A stretch of 56,400 nucleotides of DNA, from assembly GCA_964602465.1 (NCBI GenBank), contig CAZRQQ010000002.1, positions 1 through 56,400 on the forward strand. The letters are read 5' to 3'. The DNA is from an uncultured Candidatus Saccharibacteria bacterium (lineage in GTDB: Bacteria > Patescibacteriota > Minisyncoccia > Phycocordibacterales > UBA9973). Numbering within the stretch: position 1 is the stretch's first letter; every line of letters begins with the position of its first letter. The position numbers and the translations under genes were made by a program. Shown here in pieces: positions 17,366 through 26,637 of the stretch. Under the pieces are notes generated by a model. That model saw only the letters and a list, made by a program, of their open reading frames with translations. It did no database searches and was not told the origin of the DNA.

Positions 17366-17397
17366 AAAAATCACTCAATCGAGTGATTTTTATTTTT
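17366..17397 (+). terminator. rho-independent terminator after rplE
   Basis: aaaatcactc-aatc-gagtgatttt followed by a T-run. Confidence 0.65.
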
Positions 17398-17514
17398 TCC
17401 ACATCACGAGTAGGTGATTGGTGATAGCATGCTATACTATTCAGTATATTTTTGTACTGAGATATCCACTACTTTCTCTACTACACTATTTGTGTTGCGT
17501 GATATACTTTCAAG

Positions 17515-20055
17515 GTGAAATCTTTTAGTAGTTTTTTTAGTACACACAAACGAACACTTGCTGCACTTTTGTTTGGCCTCGCGTTTTCGGCGACTGTTGC
17601 GTTTGCAGTACCACCGAGTACTGAGTACAGTCCAGGCGAGACACTTGATCCAAACTGTGCGCCAGGAGATACCAACTGCGCGGTCATTCCCACCGCGTCT
17701 GCGATCGAAGATGGTGCAGTAGAAATCGCTGACTTTTCGGCAAGCGGCACACCGAGTGCAAGTACGTTTTTGCGTGGAGATAACACATGGGCAACTGTTT
17801 CGGGGAGCGGTACAGTCACGTCATTTGCATTTACCAACGGTGGCGGATTCACTGGCAACGTCAGCAACGCCACCTCAACTCCTACGCTCTCGCTTACACT
17901 TCAAGATGCTGTAGCTGATGGCTCAACTAAGGGTGCTGCAGCATTTACCGCAGCAGATTTTAATGCATCAAGTGGGCTCATTTCTATAGACTATACCAAC
18001 GGTCAGGCAGCATCAGGTTCGACCAAGGGATTCCTTACTTCTGCTGACTGGACGACGTTTAACGGTAAGGAAAGTGCACTCACGTTTTCTATTGGACTTA
18101 CACGTACTACTAATACAATCACCGTTAACACTACACAAAACATTGCCAAACTTTCAAACCTTACTTCAAACGGCTTTATTAAGACATCGGGGAGTGACGG
18201 TACGCTCAGTGTTGATACCAGTACCTATCTTACAGGTAACGAGGCTATTACTCTTTCGGGGGATATATCTGGGAGTGGTACTACCACAATCACAACTACG
18301 ATTGGATCTGGTAAAGTCACGAACACTATGCTTGCTGGCTCGATCACTGCAGCAAAACTCGTAGGAACCGATATTGCAACAGTGGGTACTATCGGTACGG
18401 GTACGTGGCAAGGCACGGTCGTGGGTGCAACCTACGGAGGTACTGGTGTAAACAATGGGTCAAACACGATAACACTTGCGGGCAATCTCGTGACGACTGG
18501 GGCGTTTAATACTACGTTTGCAGCAAGCGCGACGGGGACCTATACTCTCCCTAGTGCGACTTCGACGCTTTTGGCAAACAATCTCGGGATTAGTGGCGGG
18601 TCAACACTGGTCGGAGGAACAGGATCTGGTGAAAACCTCACACTTTCTTCAACGAGTAATGCAACTAAAGGTAAAATCATCTTCGGATCTGCCTCAGCGT
18701 ATGACCAAGTCAACGATCGATTTGGAATTGCACAGACCACCCCATTAGCAAGACTTCATGTGCAGCGTGATGCAATAGGTGCCACCCAAGATGATTCATA
18801 CGGTATCTTGTTGCAAAACTCAACGGCAGCAGCAGCGGGCGCACAGCAGTATTCACCATCGATCGTATTTGCAGGAAATGGATGGAAATCAAGTGCAACT
18901 GCAGCGAGTCAAGATGTACGGTTTCGTATTTATAATAGTCCTGTGCAAGGTGCGGGCTCCGCATCCGGGTTGTTGAATTTTGAGTCAGCACTTAATGGTG
19001 GTGCATACACCACGCTCATGACACTATCAAGTGCACAAGCATTGAGCTTAAACAGTGCCGGAACGATTTTTATTGGATCAGGTCTGGCTTTGACTAATGT
19101 TACCGCTCAAGTACCAACTGTATTTGGTGGCACTGCGGTGAGCTCATCACTTACACTTAAATCAACGAGCGGTGTCGGATCTTCGGACTTCATCCGTTTT
19201 CAGGTCGGCAACAACGGTGCAACTGAAGCAATGCGTATCATCACTTCTGGATTTGTGGGTATTGCCAATACTGCTCCTGGAGTCGCACTCCACATCGGTT
19301 CGTCGTCAACCACTGACGCTACAACACTTCTTCGTCTCCAAGACTCAAACTCTACCTGTAACTTCACTGCAGATTCTGGTGCGCCAACGTGTGGATCTGA
19401 CCGCACCCTCAAGAAAGATATCGAATCCATGGATAATGCCGACCTCCTTGCTCGGGTATCTGCACTCAATCCAGTGACCTATCGATGGCTTACTGATACT
19501 GATGATGCAAAACTCCAGCATGGGTTCATTGCACAAGAAGTAGAAGAACAATTCCCGGAGCTTGTGACCGAGAATGTCTGGGGTGATGGCACCATGCGCA
19601 AATTCCTCAATATTGGCGGTCTCATGCCGTATGCGATCGGTGCGATCAAGCAAATGAATCTCCAGATCGTTGGCATTGCAGATCTAGGCACAACCAACAC
19701 TTGGCGTGATAGCTTACTTGCATGGTTTGGAAATGCAGGCAACGGCATAGAGTCTTTCTTTAGTAAGAAGGTTACGACGAGCGAGCTTTGTGTAGGGGAC
19801 GAGACTGATCAGGTTTGTGTCACCAAAGATCAGCTTCGAACACTCTTGCAGCAGGGGGGAAGTGCATCAGTTGCGCCAATAGTGATTCCAGATCCAGTGC
19901 CAGAGGAGGCTACCGGAGAGACGCCTGAGGAGACACCGGTCGAAGAGACTGTGACCCCAGAACCAGAGGCTATAGAACCTACACCAGAGCCAGAACCGGC
20001 TCCAGAACCCACAGCCCCTGAGGCTCCGGCAGAAGCTCCTGCTCTTACCGAATAA
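17515..20055 (+). CDS. secreted tail-fibre-like surface protein with C-terminal intramolecular chaperone (peptidase S74-type) domain and Pro/Glu/Thr-rich tail
   Basis: N-terminal signal/anchor MKSF...AFSATVAFA. Long Gly/Ser/Thr-rich repetitive body. C-terminal TCGSDRTLKKDIESM...LNPVTYRW....HGFIAQEVEEQFPELV matches the endosialidase/tail-fibre autoprocessing chaperone domain. PEPEPAPEP tail. Confidence 0.7.
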   Translation: MKSFSSFFSTHKRTLAALLFGLAFSATVAFAVPPSTEYSPGETLDPNCAPGDTNCAVIPTASAIEDGAVEIADFSASGTPSASTFLRGDNTWATVSGSGTVTSFAFTNGGGFTGNVSNATSTPTLSLTLQDAVADGSTKGAAAFTAADFNASSGLISIDYTNGQAASGSTKGFLTSADWTTFNGKESALTFSIGLTRTTNTITVNTTQNIAKLSNLTSNGFIKTSGSDGTLSVDTSTYLTGNEAITLSGDISGSGTTTITTTIGSGKVTNTMLAGSITAAKLVGTDIATVGTIGTGTWQGTVVGATYGGTGVNNGSNTITLAGNLVTTGAFNTTFAASATGTYTLPSATSTLLANNLGISGGSTLVGGTGSGENLTLSSTSNATKGKIIFGSASAYDQVNDRFGIAQTTPLARLHVQRDAIGATQDDSYGILLQNSTAAAAGAQQYSPSIVFAGNGWKSSATAASQDVRFRIYNSPVQGAGSASGLLNFESALNGGAYTTLMTLSSAQALSLNSAGTIFIGSGLALTNVTAQVPTVFGGTAVSSSLTLKSTSGVGSSDFIRFQVGNNGATEAMRIITSGFVGIANTAPGVALHIGSSSTTDATTLLRLQDSNSTCNFTADSGAPTCGSDRTLKKDIESMDNADLLARVSALNPVTYRWLTDTDDAKLQHGFIAQEVEEQFPELVTENVWGDGTMRKFLNIGGLMPYAIGAIKQMNLQIVGIADLGTTNTWRDSLLAWFGNAGNGIESFFSKKVTTSELCVGDETDQVCVTKDQLRTLLQQGGSASVAPIVIPDPVPEEATGETPEETPVEETVTPEPEAIEPTPEPEPAPEPTAPEAPAEAPALTE

Positions 20056-20134
20056 CCCGGAAGTGAGCCTTGTGGCATAGTACTCCGTACAGACGCGGCT
20101 TCGTCGCAATGCCAAGATCTACTTCCGGGTTGAC
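20055..20134 (+). repeat. structured 80-nt repeat element, copy 2
   Basis: Direct repeat of 13900-13977 with a 2-nt insertion. The inner hairpin change gccgc to gtcgc keeps pairing through a G·U. Confidence 0.8.
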
Positions 20135-20158
20135 TCCGGGCGCATACTCTGATAGGAT
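20130..20158 (+). promoter_or_regulatory. promoter TTGACT-17-TAGGAT for rpsN segment, overlapping the repeat's end
   Basis: Same arrangement as copy 1. Confidence 0.4.
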
Positions 20159-20261
20159 AGGCGAGTCCTTTGGTAATCCGCACTTTTCTCTCTGAGCGAA
20201 CCTTTGTAAGGAAATTCAGAGAAATCAGTACGCGATATTCCAGAGAACATCCACAAATAGT

Positions 20262-20447
20262 ATGGCAAAGACCTCAACAGTCGTGCGCTCCCAAAAGGCG
20301 CCAAAATTTAGCACTCGACAAGTCAACCGCTGCTTCCGCTGCGGTCGTCGTCATGGCTACATGCGCGATTTCGGACTTTGCCGTATCTGCTTCCGTGAAC
20401 TTGCCAACGACGGCATGATCCCGGGTATTCGAAAGTCTTCTTGGTAA
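20262..20447 (+). CDS. rpsN: 30S ribosomal protein S14 (zinc-binding type Z)
   Basis: 61 aa with [20 protein letters not shown]. Confidence 0.9.
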   Translation: MAKTSTVVRSQKAPKFSTRQVNRCFRCGRRHGYMRDFGLCRICFRELANDGMIPGIRKSSW

Positions 20448-20457
20448 TGAGTTTTCT

Positions 20458-20853
20458 ATGGTAACCGATCCTATTTCAAACATGATCATCTCGATGAAAA
20501 ACGGCGCACTGGTGTCCAAGGGCACCGTGGTTATTCCGTTTTCAAAGCTCAAGTACGCGATTGCGCAGTGTCTCAAAGACAATGGCTACATCGCTGAAGT
20601 GTCCAAGAAAACTGAAAAGAAAAATGTGCCAGTACTTGAGATCGAGCTCGCGTACAATGGTGGTGCGTCGCGCATCCATGATGTAAAGCGCATATCAAAG
20701 CCTTCACGCCGCACCTACCTCGGTGTGCACGATATTCACTCTGTGAAAAACGGTCACGGCATGATGGTGCTTTCTACTCCGAAGGGCATTCTTTCTGACA
20801 AGCAAGCGCGCAAGGAGCAGGTCGGCGGAGAAGCGTTGTTTATGATTTGGTAA
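20458..20853 (+). CDS. rpsH: 30S ribosomal protein S8
   Basis: DPI...I..I.N motif at the N-terminus. Confidence 0.93.
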   Translation: MVTDPISNMIISMKNGALVSKGTVVIPFSKLKYAIAQCLKDNGYIAEVSKKTEKKNVPVLEIELAYNGGASRIHDVKRISKPSRRTYLGVHDIHSVKNGHGMMVLSTPKGILSDKQARKEQVGGEALFMIW

Positions 20854-20860
20854 TACATAT

Positions 20861-21394
20861 ATGAGTAGAATTGGAAAACAACAACTACAGATCCCAAGCA
20901 ACACCGAAGTATCATACGCAGGTGGTGTACTTACGGTGAAAGGTCCACTTGGCACGCTCACCAAAACCCTTCCTGAATTTGTAACGATCACGATCGCAGA
21001 TGGTCTTGTGACCTTTGCGCCAAAGGGTGACGAACCATTTGATGTGGCGATCTGGGGCACGTACGCATCGCATACCAAGAACATGATCGCAGGGGTAAAT
21101 ACTCCCTACACCAAGAAGCTCATTCTCGAAGGAGTCGGATTCAAGAGTGAGGTCAAAGGCAAAGAGCTTCACCTTGCGCTCGGCTTCTCACACCCAGTTG
21201 TTGTTGCGATCCCGGAAGGCTTGACCGTCGTGGCAGAAAAGAACAATATAACCATTACAGGTATCAACAAAGAACTCGTCGGCCAGTTCACTGCACATGT
21301 GCGTGCGCTCAAGAAGCCTGAGCCATACAAGGGTAAGGGATTCCGTTACGATACTGAAACTATCCGACGCAAGGCCGGCAAGAAGACTGCATAA
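20861..21394 (+). CDS. rplF: 50S ribosomal protein L6
   Basis: SRIGK motif at the N-terminus. Position. Confidence 0.93.
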   Translation: MSRIGKQQLQIPSNTEVSYAGGVLTVKGPLGTLTKTLPEFVTITIADGLVTFAPKGDEPFDVAIWGTYASHTKNMIAGVNTPYTKKLILEGVGFKSEVKGKELHLALGFSHPVVVAIPEGLTVVAEKNNITITGINKELVGQFTAHVRALKKPEPYKGKGFRYDTETIRRKAGKKTA

Positions 21395-21409
21395 TTTTTT
21401 TAAACGTAT

Positions 21410-21757
21410 ATGTCACGATCAACTCCACAAGAAAAGAGAATTCGCAACAAGCGCAAGATCCGCGCGAAGCTTTCTGGTACCGATGTGCGCCCTCGCCTTT
21501 CAGTATTTCGCTCCAACAATTTCCTCTACGCGCAGCTTATCGATGACACCAAGGGTGTGACGATCGCAGCGGTAAATGATACAGACAAGAAGAAGGGAAC
21601 CAAAGTTGACGGCGCAGTCGCTGCAGGGAAAGCACTCGCTGCTGCGGCAATTGCAAAGAAGATCAGTGCAGTCGTCTTTGATCGCAATGGTTTCAAGTAC
21701 GCAGGTCGTATCAAGGCATTTGCGGACGCTGCGCGTGAAGGCGGACTTACTTTTTAA
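21410..21757 (+). CDS. rplR: 50S ribosomal protein L18
   Basis: PRL.VFRSN motif. Confidence 0.9.
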   Translation: MSRSTPQEKRIRNKRKIRAKLSGTDVRPRLSVFRSNNFLYAQLIDDTKGVTIAAVNDTDKKKGTKVDGAVAAGKALAAAAIAKKISAVVFDRNGFKYAGRIKAFADAAREGGLTF

Positions 21758-21763
21758 TACACT

Positions 21764-22357
21764 ATGACCACTCCAACCAATCCAACAACAGAACACAAGC
21801 GCACTGATACACGACGACCTCGCCGCGAGGGGGGTAAGACATTTGCAGATCGCGTCAAAGATGTAGATCAAAAGATTCTCGATATTCGTCGCGTAACCCG
21901 TGTCGTTGCTGGTGGACGCCGCATGAGCTTTGCTGTATCGATGATCATTGGAGACAAGAACGGTGTCGTTGGTGTCGGTACCGGAAAGGGAAATGACACT
22001 GCAGTTGCGATCACCAAGGCGCTGAAGGATGCAAAGAAAAACGCAATCAAGATCAAGCGTACTGAAAAGCATTCGATCGCACACAGTGTGTCTGCAAAAT
22101 ACAATGCGTCCCGCGTCATGCTTTTTCCAAATAACGGTAAGGGACTTGTGGTGGGTGCAGCACTTCGCGACATCCTCGTGTTCGCTGGTGTCAAAGACGT
22201 GTCGGGTAAGGTCGTCTCAGGCAGCAAGAACAAGCTCAACACTGCTCGTGCATGTATCAAGGCACTTGGTGCAGTGAGTACGAAATATATTTTTGGCAGT
22301 GCCGCAAAAGTTGAACCGGTCGCAGCACAACCTGAATCATCAGAAGCAGCCGCATAA
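21764..22357 (+). CDS. rpsE: 30S ribosomal protein S5
   Basis: dsRBD plus S5 C-terminal domain. Directly followed by rplO, with no rpmD. Confidence 0.92.
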   Translation: MTTPTNPTTEHKRTDTRRPRREGGKTFADRVKDVDQKILDIRRVTRVVAGGRRMSFAVSMIIGDKNGVVGVGTGKGNDTAVAITKALKDAKKNAIKIKRTEKHSIAHSVSAKYNASRVMLFPNNGKGLVVGAALRDILVFAGVKDVSGKVVSGSKNKLNTARACIKALGAVSTKYIFGSAAKVEPVAAQPESSEAAA

Positions 22358-22362
22358 CTACT

Positions 22363-22797
22363 ATGATTACACTCTCTCGCAAAACTAAAAATAAGAAATC
22401 AAAACTCGTTGGTCGTGGTGGAACCCGTGGCAAGACCTCAGGTCGTGGTACGAAAGGGCAGAAGGCGCGCGCTGGGCACCGCATTCGTCCTGCCATCCGT
22501 GACATGATCAAGAAGTATCCGAAGCTTCGCGGACGCGGCAAAAACAGCAACAAATCCATCGCCGTTCGTCCTGCAGTCGTAAACCTTGGCGACATCGCAA
22601 CGGTATTTACAAAGGATGCATCTATTACTCCTTCCGCACTTCTTGCAAAGAAACTCATTCGCCGAACAGCAGGGGTCCTTCCAAAGGTGAAAATCCTCGC
22701 AGGAGGCGAACTCACGCACGCAGTTATGGTGTATGATTGTGAGGTAACTCCAGCAGCAAAGGCAAAGATCGAAGCAGCTGGCGGAAGCGTCAAATAA
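22363..22797 (+). CDS. rplO: 50S ribosomal protein L15
   Basis: GRG.GSG.GKT.GRG motif. Confidence 0.88.
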   Translation: MITLSRKTKNKKSKLVGRGGTRGKTSGRGTKGQKARAGHRIRPAIRDMIKKYPKLRGRGKNSNKSIAVRPAVVNLGDIATVFTKDASITPSALLAKKLIRRTAGVLPKVKILAGGELTHAVMVYDCEVTPAAKAKIEAAGGSVK

Positions 22798-22811
22798 CAC
22801 GATCAACTATC

Positions 22812-24083
22812 ATGCAAGGTTTCGCACGAAAATTCACCCTTCTCTTTACGGACAAAACACTTCGCACCAAGATCCTTTTTGTGATCGGGGTGCTCTTTGT
22901 GTTTCGATTTCTTGCAACGATCCCTGTGCCTGGTGTCGACATTGCACGACTCAACCAATTTCTCGCATCCAACCAATTTCTCGGACTCTTCAATGTCCTC
23001 TCTGGTGGTGGACTTTCTTCATTCTCCATCGTCATGCTTGGTGTCGGTCCATACATCACCGGTTCAATCATCATGCAGGTGCTTTCTATGATGGTACCGT
23101 CTATCAAGGAGCTCATGCAGGAAAGCGGGGAAGCAGGACGCCGCACGTTCAACCAGTACATCCGTCTCATCACGGTACCGATTGCAGTCCTTCAGGCATT
23201 TTCATTCATCAAGTACTTGCAGAGTCAGGGTGCGATCGGCGCGCTTTCAGGTGGTGCACTTATCACCAACATCATCATTATCACCGGTGGCTCCATGCTC
23301 CTTTTGTGGCTTGCAGAACTCATCAATGAATTTGGGATCGGCAACGGCACAACACTCATCATCATGGCAGGTATCCTCGCAGAAGTTCCTTCCAAGATCT
23401 CACAGTTTCTTTTCACACTTACCCCAGACCAAATCCCGACGGTGCTCGTGTATCTGGCAATCGGACTCCTTGTGATCGCAGGTATCATCTATGTCTATGA
23501 AGCAGAGCGTCCAGTCAAGGTAACGTATGCACGACAAGTGCGTGGTATCCGTACACTCGGGGGCAACGAAAGCTACCTTCCACTTCGTCTCGCACAGGCT
23601 GGCGTCATGCCGATCATCTTTGCGTCGTCCCTCCTTTTGTTCCCACAGTTTCTCGCAGGACTCTTTGCGGCATCTACCCACTCGACACTTATCTCGGTCG
23701 GTCGCGCGCTCACCTCATTCCTTCAAAATACGACACTGTACTCCGTCGTCTACTTCGTGCTTGTCGTCTTCTTCACCTATTTCTATACGGCAGTAACCTT
23801 TGATCCAAAGCAGATCGCAGACAACCTACAGAAAAATGGTGCATTCGTGCCCGGCATTCGCCCAGGTGACGCAACCAACGATTACCTCGCAACGATCGTC
23901 ACCCGCATCACGCTTGTCGGATCACTCTTCCTTGGTATCGTTGCAGTGCTCCCGCTTATCATCCGCACCACGACTGGTATCACCGCATTTGCGATCGGCG
24001 GTACCTCTATCCTCATCGTTGTATCAGCAGTCATCGACCTCACCCGACGTCTCAGTGCGCAAGTAGCGCTTCAAGAGTACTAG
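22812..24083 (+). CDS. secY: preprotein translocase subunit SecY
   Basis: 423 aa with 10 predicted TM helices. Position after rplO. Confidence 0.93.
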   Translation: MQGFARKFTLLFTDKTLRTKILFVIGVLFVFRFLATIPVPGVDIARLNQFLASNQFLGLFNVLSGGGLSSFSIVMLGVGPYITGSIIMQVLSMMVPSIKELMQESGEAGRRTFNQYIRLITVPIAVLQAFSFIKYLQSQGAIGALSGGALITNIIIITGGSMLLLWLAELINEFGIGNGTTLIIMAGILAEVPSKISQFLFTLTPDQIPTVLVYLAIGLLVIAGIIYVYEAERPVKVTYARQVRGIRTLGGNESYLPLRLAQAGVMPIIFASSLLLFPQFLAGLFAASTHSTLISVGRALTSFLQNTTLYSVVYFVLVVFFTYFYTAVTFDPKQIADNLQKNGAFVPGIRPGDATNDYLATIVTRITLVGSLFLGIVAVLPLIIRTTTGITAFAIGGTSILIVVSAVIDLTRRLSAQVALQEY

Positions 24084-24175
24084 GAAGTAGTCGATAGTCT
24101 TTAGACTATAAGCGGATAGAAATAAAACTGCGACCTCTACTAACGACTATAGACTAACTACTATATACTAGCTGT

Positions 24176-24766
24176 ATGGCAACAAAGGCATATATCTTCA
24201 TCGGACAGTCTGGTTCTGGAAAGGGCACGCAGGCAGCGCTTCTCGAGCGATCTATACAGGCAAAGAGTCCGACGGGATCGATTCTCCATTTCGAAACTGG
24301 CAATATCTTCCGCTCATTTATTGAGACTGATTCATATACTGCACAGGAAACCAAGAAAGTCATGGAGCAGGGAGTTCTGCCGGCATCGTTTATCGGTGTG
24401 CATGTCTGGAGTCACGAACTCATCGCAAGTTTTACTGGACAAGACGCCGTGATCATTGACGGTACTCCACGTGTTGCAGAAGAAGTACCGATCCTTTTGT
24501 CCGCATCCAAATTTTATGGATGGGAGACAACGGTGATCTTTATTGATGTCGGAGACACATGGGCAGATGAACGACTTCGCGGCCGCGGTCGAAGTGATGA
24601 TATGGTTGACCACGAACGACAATCACGTCTCAAGTGGTTCCACGACAATGTCATGCCCGCAGTCGAACTTCTCAAGGTTTCTCCTGAAGTGAAATTTCTT
24701 GCAGTAAATGGTGAGCGAACGATCGAGGAAATTCACGAAGAAATATGCGCTTCGCTTAAGTTATAA
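24176..24766 (+). CDS. adk: adenylate kinase (short-LID form)
   Basis: P-loop GQSGSGKGTQA. Position between secY and map. Confidence 0.75.
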   Translation: MATKAYIFIGQSGSGKGTQAALLERSIQAKSPTGSILHFETGNIFRSFIETDSYTAQETKKVMEQGVLPASFIGVHVWSHELIASFTGQDAVIIDGTPRVAEEVPILLSASKFYGWETTVIFIDVGDTWADERLRGRGRSDDMVDHERQSRLKWFHDNVMPAVELLKVSPEVKFLAVNGERTIEEIHEEICASLKL

Positions 24767-24853
24767 AGTTCATAAAGCTGAAAGTTTGTAAAGCAAAGCA
24801 CAAGGGCGTGATTACTTTATGAACTTTACAAACTTTATAACTTTCAACTCACT

Positions 24854-25618
24854 ATGATAATCATCAAAACCGAAAGTGAAATAGAACGTTTGAAAAAGGG
24901 AGGTCCCATACTTGCCAATATTTTGCGTGAGGTTGCCAAAGCCGTAAAGCCAGGGGTTACGACCAAATCGCTTGATGAGCTCGCGTACAAGTTGATAACG
25001 GAAGCAGGGCACAAGCCGGCGTTTTTGCACTATAAACCCGAAGATGCACACAAGCCATATCCAGCGAGTTTGATTACTTCAGTGAACGAAGAAGTGGTGC
25101 ACGGCATCCCAGGAGACTATGTGCTCAAAGACGGTGATATTATTTCACTGGATCTCGGGCTCAACTACGAAGGAGTCTTTCTCGACCATGCGATCACTGT
25201 GCCAGTCGGCAAAATCAATGCCAAGGACAAAGAACTTCTTGCGGTGACACAGCAAGCGCTCGAAGTCGGTATCGAAGCAATTGGCTCTGGTGGTACGACA
25301 GGTGACATCGGCCACGCGATCGAAACATTTGTGAAGCCGTACAAGCTTGGTATCGTGCGTGATCTTTCGGGTCACGGTGTTGGTCGCGAGATCCACGAAG
25401 ATCCCTATGTGCCCAACTACGGCAAAAAGGGGAAGGGGGCAAAGCTCGTGCCGGGCATGGTGATCGCGATTGAGCCGATGCTTACTCGAGGTTCAGAAGA
25501 GATCATCCTCCTCAAAGACGGCTACACCCTCATCACTTCTGATAAATCCCGCAGCGCGCATTTTGAACATACGGTACTCATCAACGACAAAGGCGAGCCA
25601 GAAATTTTGACGAAGTAG
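24854..25618 (+). CDS. map: type I methionine aminopeptidase
   Basis: Pita-bread fold motifs (D..D....H, E..E). Confidence 0.93.
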   Translation: MIIIKTESEIERLKKGGPILANILREVAKAVKPGVTTKSLDELAYKLITEAGHKPAFLHYKPEDAHKPYPASLITSVNEEVVHGIPGDYVLKDGDIISLDLGLNYEGVFLDHAITVPVGKINAKDKELLAVTQQALEVGIEAIGSGGTTGDIGHAIETFVKPYKLGIVRDLSGHGVGREIHEDPYVPNYGKKGKGAKLVPGMVIAIEPMLTRGSEEIILLKDGYTLITSDKSRSAHFEHTVLINDKGEPEILTK

Positions 25619-25632
25619 TATAATATTAAGAT

Positions 25633-26061
25633 ATGTTTAATCTTTTTAAGAAAAAAGAAAAACTAACGATTCAAGATGAGGTTTTTGGAAAAATCATTTT
25701 GAACGAGCTCAAAGATGAAAATAGAAATTTTTTCTATGGGCATGTTGATTTTTCATCAAATGATAAAAATATAGAAGTCTTTATAAAAACAAAAAATAAA
25801 GATTTACCAACAAATGAACAAAGAGATTTTTACAAAAAATTACAATCAGGATATCCAGAAATTTCTGAAAAAATTAAAAAGATATTTGAAAGCGAACTGA
25901 AGATAGCTGATTTTAAATTAGTAAGTATTGATGTTCCATATTTCGTGAACTCTCCATTGGTCTGGGAAATGAATTTCGAATCTTCCGCCGATGAAGATCA
26001 CATGTTTACTGTTGTTTTTGAGGATTTTGAGCCACAAAATGGAATAGTTGTAGATGGGTAA
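25633..26061 (+). CDS. hypothetical protein (AT-rich, in the position where infA is usually found)
   Basis: 142-aa ORF. No recognisable domain. Confidence 0.4.
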   Translation: MFNLFKKKEKLTIQDEVFGKIILNELKDENRNFFYGHVDFSSNDKNIEVFIKTKNKDLPTNEQRDFYKKLQSGYPEISEKIKKIFESELKIADFKLVSIDVPYFVNSPLVWEMNFESSADEDHMFTVVFEDFEPQNGIVVDG

Positions 26062-26063
26062 AT

Positions 26064-26095
26064 AAAATCCCTCTCAATTGAGAGGGATTTTATTT
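26064..26095. terminator. bidirectional rho-independent terminator
   Basis: aaaatccctctc-aatt-gagagggatttt palindrome with T-runs on both strands. Sits between convergent genes. Confidence 0.65.
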
Positions 26096-26434
26096 CACTT
26101 TTGCAACTACTCGTTTGAAGGATTCGGGGTGGGTCTGTGCGAGAGAGGAGAGAATCTTACGGTCGAGCTGGATGTTTGCCTTCTTGAGCTTGTCGATGAA
26201 GGTAGAGTAGGTGCCGCCTTCTGCACGAACTGCTGCATTGATGCGAACGTTCCAAACTTTGCGAGCGTCAGACTTTTTGTCGCGGCGGTGTGCAAATGCG
26301 TATGACCCTGCATGTGCGATTGCTTCCTTTGCCTGCGCTTCCTTGGTAGAGCGGCCAAAACGATACCCCTTGGTCTGAGAGAGAAGGTTCTTGCGGCGCT
26401 TATTTGCTATTGTTCCTCGTTTTACTCGTGTCAT
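26090..26434 (-). CDS. rplT: 50S ribosomal protein L20
   Basis: RVKRG...KRRK.....KGY motif. Confidence 0.93.
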   Translation of the reverse strand: MTRVKRGTIANKRRKNLLSQTKGYRFGRSTKEAQAKEAIAHAGSYAFAHRRDKKSDARKVWNVRINAAVRAEGGTYSTFIDKLKKANIQLDRKILSSLAQTHPESFKRVVAKVK

Positions 26435-26437
26435 ATA

Positions 26438-26635
26438 TTAAAAGCTACTTGGGGTGATAAATCGCGCGATTTCCTTCTTGCTCATATTAAACGCCACTGG
26501 CTTCTTGCCGAGGAGCTGTTTGGTGCGAGATTGCTTCGCATTGAAGTGGTTGAATCCGGGCTTACGCGCGAGGATTTTGCCAGTGGAAGTCACCTTGAGG
26601 CGTTTGGTAAATGATTTGTTGGTTTTCGTGCTCAT
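26438..26635 (-). CDS. rpmI: 50S ribosomal protein L35
   Basis: 65 aa basic protein between infC and rplT. Confidence 0.85.
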   Translation of the reverse strand: MSTKTNKSFTKRLKVTSTGKILARKPGFNHFNAKQSRTKQLLGKKPVAFNMSKKEIARFITPSSF

Positions 26636-26637
26636 AA

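Noticed and set aside
17515-18000. Treating the Thr/Gly/Ser-rich body of the tail-fibre-like protein as collagen-like or an S-layer protein
   Set aside because: There is no G-x-y periodicity and no SLH motif. The only confidently recognisable domain is the C-terminal intramolecular chaperone.
21500-23488. Long antisense ORFs across rplR, rpsE, rplO and secY (21500-22084, 22257-22793, 22790-23173)
   Set aside because: Same reasoning. These are frame artefacts within the r-protein/secY region.
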